Program-made: the position numbers and the translations under genes
Assembly: GCF_963506605.1 (NCBI RefSeq)
Contig: NC_083282.1
Coordinates: 21,080,001-21,144,000, forward strand
Length of the DNA: 64,000 nt
Direction: 5' to 3'
DNA from: Zootoca vivipara
Taxonomy: Eukaryota
Shown: positions 13,374-24,740 of the stretch, one piece after another
Layout: each line of letters begins with the position of its first letter
Position numbering within the stretch: position 1 is the stretch's first letter
Notes under the pieces: generated by a model
Databases searched by the model: none
What the model was told of the DNA's origin: nothing
Seen by the model: only the letters and a program-made list of their open reading frames with translations

Positions 13374-14279
13374 ACATTGCCCCAAAAAGAAAGTGTGAAT
13401 ACTTGCCTCATTGAAGTATGAACAGTAAGATGGAAAAAGGAAGCCAATTGTTACTCCAGGAGTCATAAATGATTAGAAGGAATCAGAACTATTATAACTT
13501 TAAATGCACCCACATCCACTATAGCTAGTAAGCAAGAAAACTTCTGTTTAATACTTTGTCATCTTCTCTTCTGTCTTACTGCTTTCCTTCTTTTTCCTCG
13601 TTTGGGAGCAGAAACAAGTTTATTGACATAGACATAGCCAGAGGGAGTGGGGGAGGCAGCTGTCCCTCCCAATCAATCAATCAATCAAGTAAATAAATAA
13701 TAATACTTAACTGACCAATTGCATGACATATAGCTTGGTTCTCCCCCCCCCAAAAAAAATCTTGACTACATCAATGTTTCTTGATATTAGAAATATACTT
13801 TAAATGAATCACAACTTTGTGATGTGATCAGACATATTACTTAACCAACATCAGCTCTGCAAGGTCCCAAAAATAGAAGTAAATAAGACAGAAATAATAA
13901 ATAACTTGAAGCATGTGTTGCCTCTCAGCTGTGTTTGTTTAGTCCAAAGTAAATCCCAATATCTTCATTTTAACAGCTTTCCAGGTTAAGTGTGCACAGG
14001 ATTACAGCCTCAGTCTCTTATCTGTAAAAATGGGGTCTATGAAGTTGTGAAAATCAACAGGATCAAATTCTGCAGCAGCTTAAAAATGCTGTGTAAATAG
14101 CTACAAGCTGTTTTAGGAACAGTTTCTGTTAAGTCATTGCAACTTTGTTACTGAAAACTAACTATAAATATAGAACGGACATTGGAAGGTTTGAGTTAAG
14201 AAAAAGGCAAATGTCACATAGAGTCTATAGAATGTCACATAGAATGTCACATAGAGTCATAGACTATAAGACTTCTTCA

Positions 14280-14500
14280 TAGAAATAAGTTCCATTTTAA
14301 AATAAGAACCACAAAGTTGGAAAGGCACTCAAAGCTGATCTAGTCCAACCCCTGCTAATGCAGGAAATTAACTGCTACAATATCCCTGTTAGATGATCAT
14401 CTGCCTTAAAAATTCCAATAGAATGTTCACCACCTTCCTAAGCAGTCTGCTCCAGTTTAGAACAGCTTATACTGTCAGGACTTCCTAAATCTAAGTCGTG
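14280..14500 (-). mobile_element. Degraded CR1 LINE 3' end
   Basis: aagttggaaagg...gatctagtccaacccctgc... is similar to the better copy at 38770. Confidence 0.6.
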
Positions 14501-16089
14501 AGTTACTTTGTTGTAAAAGAGTATATAGAAATGTTGTACTCACACTGCCCATTAAGATCCCTATTAAAAGCCACCTATCAAGAGGAATACAGTAGCTTCT
14601 TTTTACAAAGCATCTGACAAGTTACTTTAGTGATAAATTTATAGAGTGCCATAACTAGTTTGGTGTGTACAAAGGGGCTTTGGACATGTTTCTCCAACAG
14701 CATTTCCTCATGGCATATAGCAAACCGCTTTTTAATATGAGGAGGTATGGAGGTAAGCTGTACAAAGGGGGAAAGTCCAAAATTCCACTGAGCCTAGCTA
14801 ACAGCATAACAACTGTGCCATGCTCTTGTGCACAGATGCTCCAAGATTCTAAAAGATATTATAACAGCATTGTAGCTAAAATTGTATAGAATTGTTTTAA
14901 ATAGCCTGCTGAAGAAACTAAGTTAGTAACAGAATATGCAGAATGAAACGGAAAGGGGCTCTGGCCTGCCTAGCCCATGTCCTCTACACTTCTATAAGTT
15001 TCTGTAGTTCAAAACCTTTAAAACTCTTTAACAAAAACCTAAAATAGCACACCTTCAAAGCTGAAATATTCAGCTACTGCTACATTCAATTATTTCCATG
15101 TATGAAATGTTCCCTTATTAGAGTGCCGTTTTAGTGTACAGATGAGGTGTCACTGTAACACTTTTCAAGATGAAGAGGAGTCTTGGAATATTTTATTTCC
15201 CAGGGGAGTTAATGGAAACTAAACCCCAAGCCGCAGTAGCTTCCTTTGTGTGTATCTTCCCCCACTCCTCCCACCACTTTGGACTTGAGAGCAGCAGTGT
15301 GGAGACAATGAGCATTCTGTGCACAACGCCCACACGGATTGGCTGGGCTCCCCCCAATACCCCATGATGTAATGTGGTTGGAATGTGCCGGGACTTTGAG
15401 CTGGAAGGGGTGGGGGACAGGGGTGCTATTTCTCATCTGTTTCCCAGACCAAGTGGGTTCAGTAAATTAACATGATGCCAAATCTCACTACCTTTCTCAT
15501 ACTTCTGTTTAGTATGAAATTGATTTTTTTTAAGCCTGAGAGCCAGTGCCATTCCCATCTCAATACATCACAGTGTTTGGGAAAATATGACTGCATACAA
15601 GAGTGTACAGGAAATGTGTAGGTGAGGAGATAGTATCAAATATAGGTGCTGAGGGGTGCTAAAAGACTAGCCTAACAGAAGTGTGGATGGGAAGGCTATA
15701 CATTGGGGGCAAATAAGGCAGAATTCAGAGAAAGCTGCAACCGTGTCCCATTCCCATTTGTTTTTTTTAATCATCCTTTCTCCACAAACAAGAAGTCCAT
15801 ACCTTCACAGCAAACTTCATCCTTGCTGGCATTTTAATCTGACAACTGCCAGGGTTTTAAAAGTGACCTCCATTTCAGAAATCAATCTGCCCTCTGTATA
15901 ACAGAGTCTTTGGTACTGGTCTTTTAAATGCTGTTATCGGGAGATTGATTTAAAAAACAACAACAAAAAACCCTAAAAGTACAAACTTCCTCGCCCTAGC
16001 CGCCTAGTCCTGTTTTGAGAGGAGAGCTCTGCGTCCACAGACTTGTTAAGGGGCAATCAGAAGAAGTAACCCAGGGAGGGAGGCAGGGA

Positions 16090-18010
16090 GAGTGCGTGCA
16101 CCAGCCATCTCCTTAGCACACCATCCTGCCTGGCGCTCGCTAGCTCTAGACTGGAGCCACGTAGGCTGGGATCACCTCGCGCTCCCCCTGCTGCTGCTGC
16201 CGCCATCTCCCGAGCCTGGGTGGGTCCCGCAAGCCGGGCTCCTAGAGAAACGAGGTGGAAATCTTTTAAGGCAGCAGCAGCAGCTCCACACTAGTCCCCC
16301 CCCCACCGCACGTCAGAAGGCGCAGTCACGAGCGCGTCCCGAAGCCACAAACCAGCGTTCCTCTTTGTTTGTTTAGCCATCCAGCCCCCCCCCCCGCTCC
16401 CGCAACCCCACTTCCACCTCCCTCCGCTTTTCTCTTCATTAGACCCTAGCTTGTCCCGCCGCAGTGATTTGCCAAGAAGGAGCGGCTGGGCTGGCTGGCT
16501 GGCTTTCACCTCGGCCTCTGCAGTTGGGAGAGAAAGAAACAAAGTCTCTCTCTTCCCCCCCCCCCTCTAAAGTCTCTCTCCCGCACACACCCCTTGGGCC
16601 TTCCCTCTTAAGCAGGAGGGAAGAAGAAAGAAAAATTACACCCAAAACTTTCCCACACGCGAAAAGAAATACCCTCCTCGCCTGCGCGCGAAGTTAAAGG
16701 GAGGGAGAGAGGGCCATCATTATTCCCCATCCACGAAGGAGGCGAAGCGAGACAATTCTCCCCGCGACCGAAAGGAGAGAGGGCTGAGGGGAAGCCACAC
16801 AGCCGCTTTTGTCTCTCTGGTGATTTTTTTCGCGATACATGCGCGGACGGTTGGTAGCGAAGGGCTTTGTTTCTAACCATTTAAAAATAAAAATAAAATA
16901 AAATGGGGCGGAGGGGGTGCGGTGCCGGGAGTGCCAGCCTGTGATTTACCTCACACGTACATCTGAGGACGACAAGGAGGTCACACGTCGTCTTCTGAGG
17001 GAAGGGGAGGGGGGAGAATGGTGGTCTCCGCGAGGGGGAAAGTGGGGGCTCCGTCCAGTCCTCCTGCCGAGAAGCAAGGGGGCTCACTCGTCCTACACTG
17101 CCAGAGTTTGGGGTGGGGGCTTCGTTTCGCTCATGCCCCACAGTAAACGAACCCCCCCCCCATTACACACACACACACACACGGTTTTGAAACCACAAGG
17201 CTGGGGTAACCTTCGCCTTTCACGCGCCCCCCCCCACCTAATCCCGTGCATGGTGAGGTGATGATGGAGCAGGCAAGGGAAACGAAAAACGTCCGATATA
17301 ATAGGCAGCTGGGAGTTTGGAAGGGTTTCCCCCTCCCCTTTCGCCCTAAAAGTTCTGCGGGGGGGGGCGTCCGTTCCCCTGACCCTGAGGAGAGCGAAAC
17401 CATTCTCTCCCACCACCACCACCCCACTCTCTTAATTCCCCTCAGGAAAAGGGGGGGGCTTGTTGTCGCCCGCGCGTCCCTCCCTGTCCACGAACAAAAG
17501 CCGAAAGAGGCGCTGGAATCACCATCTTCTTCCCCTACCTTGTTCTTGACCTCGGCCGAGAGCCCGTACGAGGGGCCCTTGTTGAAGTGGGTCATGGCGG
17601 CGGGTCGGTGTCCGTGTTCCTTACGCCTTGTGGCGCCAGAGGTGGTAATGCTCTGGCTCGCCTATGCTGCTTCTTCTGCTTCTGCTTCTGCTTCTGCTGC
17701 CGCCTGCCTTCCTGCGCTCGACTGGGCGGCTTTCTCGGCGCTGCCTGAGCGAGGGAGCGAGGGCGGGCCGGGCTCGCAGGGGGAGAGGGAAGGAGAAAGG
17801 GAGGGACGTGGGCCAGGCTGCCTGACAGGGGAGCCCCGACGCGGAGCTGCCGCGAGCTGGAGAAAGTTCTAGTCCCTCCCTTGTCCGAAAGGGCGGCCTC
17901 CGCCGAAACATCCATTTCCCTTCACAGAAACTCAGGCGGCGAAACGGCCTGGGGGGTGGGTGGGGTGGAATTATAACTCCCCTCAGCTGGGCTCGTCGTA
18001 CCACACAACA
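16090..18010 (-). promoter_or_regulatory. CNN3: CNN3 CpG island covering the promoter, 5'UTR and start of intron 1
   Basis: Sharp rise in GC and CpG around exon 1. CACCC/GC-box-like tract at 17951-17968. (GAAGCA)n repeat near 17665-17700. TSS not determinable from sequence. Confidence 0.8.
17539..17595 (-). CDS. CNN3: Calponin-3 (acidic calponin), coding exon 1: MTHFNKGPSYGLSAEVKNK
   Basis: Translation matches the vertebrate CNN3 N-terminus. Kozak context GCCGCC-ATG. A phase-0 donor AAG|GTAGGG follows at 17538. Lies in a CpG island next to ALG14, as in human. Exon 2 (IASKYD...) was not found in 1-17538. Confidence 0.96.
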
Positions 18011-18164
18011 ACAACAACACCCCAGGGCAAACTCTTATCCCCTGGTAGATCAGACTCCAATATAAACTATTCTGGGTTCATACACAGAATAAACTCCATG
18101 CAGCTAAACCCATAAAATAACAACACTCAGAGGCACACGACCTTAGTTACATCCAAGTTGGATT

Positions 18165-18307
18165 GTTTTCCCCCAAACTTGGGTCCTTAATGCTGTTTTG
18201 GGGGACTACAATTCCCATCATCCCTGACTGCTAGTCCCTCTAGCGAGGGATGATGGGAGTTGTAGTCCTCAAACAGCTGGAGACCTCTCTAAGTTTGGGA
18301 AACACTG
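18165..18307. mobile_element. Palindromic hAT MITE (family B-like) just upstream of CNN3
   Basis: ggactacaattcccatcatccct...agggatgatgggagttgtagtcc hairpin core, ending in TTTGGGAAACACTG. Confidence 0.75.
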
Positions 18308-18805
18308 GATTGCTGCGACTTGGGGCGCCTCCACTTGGGGCGGCTATCTGAAGAAGTGTGCATGCACACGAAAGCTCATACCAATGACAAACTTAGTTGG
18401 TTTCTAAAGTGCTGCTGGAAGGAAAATAATAATAATTTTATCTTTGAAAAGTTAACTGGGATGCTTCAGCTGGCCCAGAATGCAGCTGTGAGGATGTTTG
18501 TTGGTGGGCCCAGGATCCCACAACAGCTGCACCGGTGTCATGAACTGGCTGGATGCAGGGGGTTGGGGGTGGGAAGCACCTGCTGGGGGACCCCCCCTAG
18601 GATAGGAGAGCTACACCAGTTGCATAGGGAACCCCCAGGTTGAGAGAAAACTCTAGCCTAATCATGGTGATAGCTGATCACATCTGAGTCCACTCAAAAT
18701 GACTTAACTACTCTGGGATTAACTCTTTTTTCTCTCAAGCTACATGCAGTGAGTGAGACTATGCTTATAATTCCTTCAAGGTGGTAATGAGGATTTTACT
18801 ACATA

Positions 18806-19655
18806 CCGTGTTTCTCATATTTTAAGACATCCCCCCAAAATAAGCCATGACAGGATTTCAAAGGGTTGGTGAAAAATAAGACATACCCCGAAAATAAGCA
18901 CTATCGCAAAGCCCCGACCAAGTGAGAGGCGAAGCCACGGGACCCAGCAGGAGCCTCGGTGTCCCCTGTGCGAAGCCCTGGGACCCGGCTGGAGCTTCAG
19001 CGCGCGCGCGCTAACCCCCGGGACCCGGCTGGACGCATAGCTGAAGCCGCGGCAGCTTGCAGGAGCCGCGGCAAAGCCCTGGGACCCGGCTGGAGCTTCA
19101 GCGCGCGCGTGCTAACCCCCGGGACCCGGCTGGACGCTTAGCTGAAGCCGCGGAAGCTTGCAGGAGCCGCGGCGAAGCCCTGGGACCCGGCTGGAGCTTC
19201 AGCGCGCGCGCACTAACCCCCGGGACCCGGCTGGACGCTTAGCTGAAGCTGCGGCAGCTTGCAGGAGCCGCGGCGAAGCCCTGGGACCCGGCTGGAGCCT
19301 CAGCGCACTGTGCTTGAAGCCCTTGGACTACAACTGAAGCCGTGCGAAGCTCCGACCCAGCGGGACCCAGCAAGAGGTGCAGCTCTTCAAAGCCTGTTCT
19401 GTAAGTGCACTGAACTCTTGTTGGGCTAAAAACATTGAGCTTGCACGGTATGCATGCAATGCAGGAAAAGTTTGTGAAAAGCATGCTTTTATCATGCTTG
19501 TTTGGGCTCTGTTCTGCTGCTTTTGATCTCAGAAACCTTTCACTTGCTTGATGCACTTTATTAAAAAATAAGACATCCCTTGAAAATAAGCCATGGTGTG
19601 GTTTTTTTGAGGAAAAAATTAATATAAGACGTGTCTTATAATATGAGAAACACGG
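18806..19655 (+). mobile_element. TcMar-Tc2-like non-autonomous element carrying a GC-rich 101-bp tandem array
   Basis: TIRs CCGTGTTTCTCATAT.TAAGAC, TA TSD (18804-18805, 19656-19657), AAAATAAG(A/C)CAT subterminal repeats. Confidence 0.88.
18970..19305. repeat. 101-bp GC-rich minisatellite, about 3.3 units
   Basis: Units start at 18970, 19071, 19172 and 19273 (gcgaagccctgggacccggctggagc...). Confidence 0.9.
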
Positions 19656-21789
19656 TAGTAGGCACATATGCTAAAATGATTGTCTGTGTGCATCATTCAG
19701 CCAGGTATTAAGAATTTTACCACACATCAGCTGGTAAAATACGGTAGCTTTATGGGCATCTGGGCACGTGCAGGGTGCTTCTCCCGCCCCAATTGAATAA
19801 GAACAGTGCACCCACCAATAAATTCCTACAAAAGCTGCATTCTTTATTTCCCTTCATATAATTCAATAAACACTCTTAACCAATATACATTTAGCAGAGT
19901 GCATTTGGTGGGTTAAGAGACTGTTGGAAGTTCTGGGATTTGGGGAAGGTGCTACAAGGAGAAGGAAGGCTCAAGCGAAGGAGAATATGTGGAAAAAGTT
20001 ATTATGAAAACATATTGGGAACTGTGTACTAAGATCACGGAGCCAGGGGATAGCCAAAGGGAGAATTGGCAGTTGTTAACTACTGGAGCGTAAACTGCTC
20101 ATCGTTTTTTTGCCAAAAAGGGGAGAAACATCAAGATCAGTAAGTAAAGAATCCCTTGCCATTCAGAGCTTTGTAGCAACGTTATGGAAAAATAACATGC
20201 AGGAAACTTTGCCTTAGGAATCTGAAATAGCCACTAATTTCTAACACATGGTGCAAGAGAGATACAGATACTTGTTAAAAATGAAAATAAAAGAAGCCAT
20301 TGCTGGACTAGATCAGTGGCTGTGCTAATTCTCTCCCTGCCTAAACATCACTTGAATTTAAACTACACACACACACACACACACTTCCTGTAATTTAGTC
20401 TTCAATTATTTTATCCCTTGGCTCCATCACAGGGAATTGTGGATATGTGGGATGACTTCATAAGAAGAGTAGCTACATTTGTCCTGGCAGGGTTTATGTG
20501 CTAGAGAGAGAGAGAGAGAGAGATTTTCACAATGTAATTGCCTATTATTGCATATCTTTGGTACAATAAACACATTACCTGCTGAACTTCTGCCTGTCAT
20601 AGGCAGAAGAGGCAGAATGCACATGTGTACACATAACATATGACAACTCCTACAAATGTTTTGTAGATGAGTGGAACTTAGAGGCAGCGGATTGAAACAT
20701 TGGACACCCCTCCTATCCAATCACTGGGACAAGTGTGCTCCATTGCTAGAGTGTCTCCTCCCACCTCTGGCCGGTGCAACAGCTACTATGGACAGTGCGA
20801 AACACATTGCATTAATATTGAAAGGACATATTGAGACAGAGACTGGTCACAAGAAAGCACTGTATTTTAGAACATTTGTGAGAGAGGGAAGAGATGAGGG
20901 ACTATAAGGGGTTTGTGGCTGTTGCATGGAGATGTCTTCACCCAATGTGCATTACCAGGTTCATTTTCCCATGCCTGCAACCCACCCCTCAAACTCCAAT
21001 TCAATGAAACTGTCATTTGCACATGCATTGTATTCTGTCTGAAATGTGCATACCTCGGCTTACAGCAAGATGTTTTCAAATCGGATGGATGTTGGTTGAG
21101 GAGAAATGCATCAAACAGTGGTATTTCTTAAAAAGCTGCACTTTTAAAGAAAATGTAGGGTGCATATGAGTTGTGGCTAATGTCATGTGTACTCAGCTTC
21201 AAATACCAGAGGTGGGAGGGCATTGAAGATGGGAGCAATCGGTAATGTGTACACAGTCTTAGTCTGCTCTTTCATCCTTACATAGGTGCAACAGACAGTG
21301 CCATAACACTACAAAAGACATTAGGCTCAGGCTTGCTAATTAAGGTGCTTTTAGGTTTGAGCTGCATTTTGCAGGGGAAAAGAACTATTTACTGGTTTAA
21401 AACATGGGAACAGCAGTGTAAATTTGTGGTAAAAAGGTAACTGACAACAAGAGCATGCACCAAAAAGTTTTAATTTTAACAGATTTTTTGTTTCTGGGAT
21501 AAAGAAATTAGAATTCATTAAAAAAAACAAAAACAAATAGGCATAGAACTCATAATGCCCTGGCCCTAATTAGAGGTATTCCTGCAAGAAAATGGTTTGA
21601 AGAACCTCGCGTGCACAGCAACATAGGTAATTTCAACCCACTGGTTCCAGATGGACAATATTTGGGGTAGAATTCAACAGAAAAAGCAAGAGGAGCCCCA
21701 AACACAGCAGGGCTGAATTACGACATTAATACTGTTAGCATCTAAAGAAGGAACCCCATAAAACCATCACTCCAAAGTCTGAAACAACT

Positions 21790-21922
21790 GCAGGAAACCT
21801 GTGACTCTCCAGATGTTGCTGGCCTACATCTCATATCATCCCTGGTCATTGCCCATGCTGGCTGAGGCTGATGGGTGTTGCAGTCCAACAACATCTGGAG
21901 GGCATCGTGTTCCCCAGGCATG
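21790..21922. mobile_element. Palindromic hAT MITE (family B-like, degraded)
   Basis: ctccagatgttg...caacatctggag inverted core. Further degraded copies at about 44860-45000 and 56198-56322. Confidence 0.65.
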
Positions 21923-24177
21923 GCCTAAAATTACCTAACCGCATCATAGTCTCAACTTCACGATAAAATGGGATGGGGGTGGAGTCATGTACACCACCTT
22001 GAACCCCCTGGAAGGAGGAAAGACGAGATGCCCAAGTGATCAATAACAGCAACAAAATAAAAGGTGCCATGTGAAGGCTGCTCAGCTGATGAAGGCTCAG
22101 ATGTGCATATCCATCAGCATCATTTTAGATCACAGGCAGTCCCCTAAGAGCCACTCAATAAGAGAGGCCAGTTATGGACACTGGATTGCCATTGCAACTC
22201 CTCTGGCATGCACAAAGCTTTGTACCTGCAGAAGAGGATCTGCAGATCTATTCTTTCAATCTGAACTGGATTTCCTTCATTTATGATTAACACACTGCTG
22301 GATTTTATGCATGCAGAAAGCAGAGCAATGGGTGTTTTCCCCTGCCCACCCACCCCCACCCGAAATCTGAAATCTGGAAAAGAGTAAAAAATCTGGTGAG
22401 GAGTTACCATGTCTCTACCACACATGGACGGCTGTTGTACTGAGGTGTCAATTATTATTAATTTCACTGGAAAGACTCATATTCCCAGAATTAAGAGAAC
22501 AGCCATGTCATTGTATGGCCAGGACTTTCTTTTCTTTTTAAAATAGGGAACCACAGTCCTGTCTTTCATATACTTAATGGTTGCATGCTGGTACAAACCC
22601 TTGGAGATAAATGTTTCTATACTCATGTAATTTCACTTTTAAGTACCGTAGTGGACACATTGTCCAGCAATAGCTACTCTCTTCTTTCTTTCCTTTTTGG
22701 TTTTTGTTACATTTGTTCTACTAGGTGCAGACTTTCCCAGCTCTCAGTCTGTAAACTATGTTGAAAGATTTCTCTTTTCATCATTTTGTCCCAAAAGGGT
22801 TTCATCTGCTTTTTGAATGACTGTGAATGTTGCGAGGCACCTGTGCATCTCTCATGCTTGCTTTGTAGCAAATAATAGATGATGACAGATTTTCTTGGCA
22901 GTCATCATTGGATCCTAAATTACGCTTATGGATATTTCATAATCGATGTCTGGACAGACTTCTTCTTCTTCTTTAAAAAAAGGAATGCTCACAAACCCCA
23001 GAATATAAATGTGAAGTTGGAAAGTAGCAAAAATAATAATATAGGTTTTAATATAGATAGATAAGAATTATAGAGGCTGATAATGGTTAAAATAAAATTT
23101 ATTGTTAAGGATCAGTTGCTTTCTGTATTGATAGCATTTGACCACAAATTCCCAATGTTTAAAATGAATTTGGGCTGTGGGTGACTTACAGAAAAGAACT
23201 AGAAATTAGCACAGCATAGTAGTGGTTCTATTTAATTATGAGCACTAGTCTTCATTTAAAACAAAACTTTCCAACACTAAAGGATGTCTCCTCCCTGTGT
23301 GCATTCTGCACACAGATGACTACCAACTTTTAATTTGGTAAAATACTGGACTCTTTTTACAATTACAGTCTTCTATTAGAGAGGTAGGGTCACCATGCGA
23401 GCAATGGATGGTACAAAATTCAAATGTATCTGCTCTTGCATTTTCGTATCTTCTTTAACACTGAAATGCTTTGCTATTGGTTATTTGTAAAATATCAAGC
23501 ACCAATCACACAATTGCCAAACATATGTTTCCTATTCTGCTTTATTCTATTACAGCCAGGTAGGTTTTAGATATCATTGCTGCTACAAGAGCAGTATTCT
23601 TTGGCACATGCAAGCTGCTAAAATGTCATTTACCCTTCACTTTCTCCCCCTTCCACCAGAATACTCCCCCTCTCTCATTTGTTCTTCACTCTGGTCATTC
23701 TCATTTCACTTTCAGGAAGCTTTCTTCAACATTATACTGAAAAACTTAATCGAATATTGCCCCACCCAAATACTGTATCTGTACTGAGATCCAGTAACTG
23801 AAAACTTCCAAATCTAGTCCAGCTCGTAAATATGCTTAAGTATTGTACTCATTTTGTGCCACAAAGTATGGGTTTTGTGATACAATCCATAAGTGTTTAT
23901 TTACAGCTCATCGGGGTTTGTAGTTAATGCCCCACCCCCTGCAAAATAACCTTGTCTGTACCAAAGTTTTGTGTGGCTTTGTGCCTTGCTGGGAAGCTGG
24001 ACAAACACTTTTGACTAATGCCAGTCCCAGCAGGGCTTGCCAAATTTTGAAGGTGAGAAATTCAAGTTCCACTTGCCATGGGAGAGTCAGCAGTGGACTT
24101 TTAGGGTCCCAACTGTGGTCCCAGACTTAAGTGCTCCACACCTGGGGCAGGTTAGCATGCCTAGGAGAAAATGACCT

Positions 24178-24740
24178 GAGAAGGAAGGTACCTTTTTCAT
24201 ATGTGGTGGACGTGTAATATAGCAAAAGCGTTCTGGGAAATGATTTATAATGAATTGAAAAAAAATGTTGAAAACATTTTTTGTTGAAAAGACAGAAGCT
24301 TTTCTATTAGGTATAATTGCAGAAAAGGTACCCAAAGATCAGAAAAAGTTATTTATGTATGCTATCACAGCTCTCCGAATGGTATATGCCCAAAGACGGA
24401 AAAAAGACGCAGTTCCAACGAAAGATGATTGACAATTAAAACTGATGGAATATGCGGAGATGGTGAAACTTACCGGAAGAATAAGATATCAAGAGGAGAG
24501 ACTTTTCTTAACAGAATGGGGAAAATTTGTTGAAACGTTACACAGCAAGTAAGAAATGACTTAAAAGGAGTACAAAAAAAATAGGTAAATAGGTTTGAAT
24601 TGGTTATGCAGTAAGATTATGATATAAACTAAGGAACTGCAGAGAGGGGGGAGGGAAGTAAATGAAAAAGCAGGCTGAATTTGTTTAGATTTAATTTTTG
24701 TTCTTAAAATATTGTAATATGCAAAAATAAAACATTTAAA
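24178..24740 (+). mobile_element. 5'-truncated L1 (ORF2 C-terminus plus 3'UTR)
   Basis: Frameshifted EGTF.HMWWTC..AKAFWEMIYNELKK...EAFLLGII...LKLMEYAEM.KLTGRIR...EWGKF. A-rich end. TSD gaaaatgacct/gaaaattacct. Confidence 0.85.

Noticed and set aside
17131-17538. Continuation of the 154-aa ORF beyond CNN3 codon 19
   Set aside because: Read-through past the GT donor into intron 1, with no calponin similarity.
18970-19305. CRISPR-like array
   Set aside because: Eukaryotic DNA. Units are near-identical along their whole length with no unique spacers.
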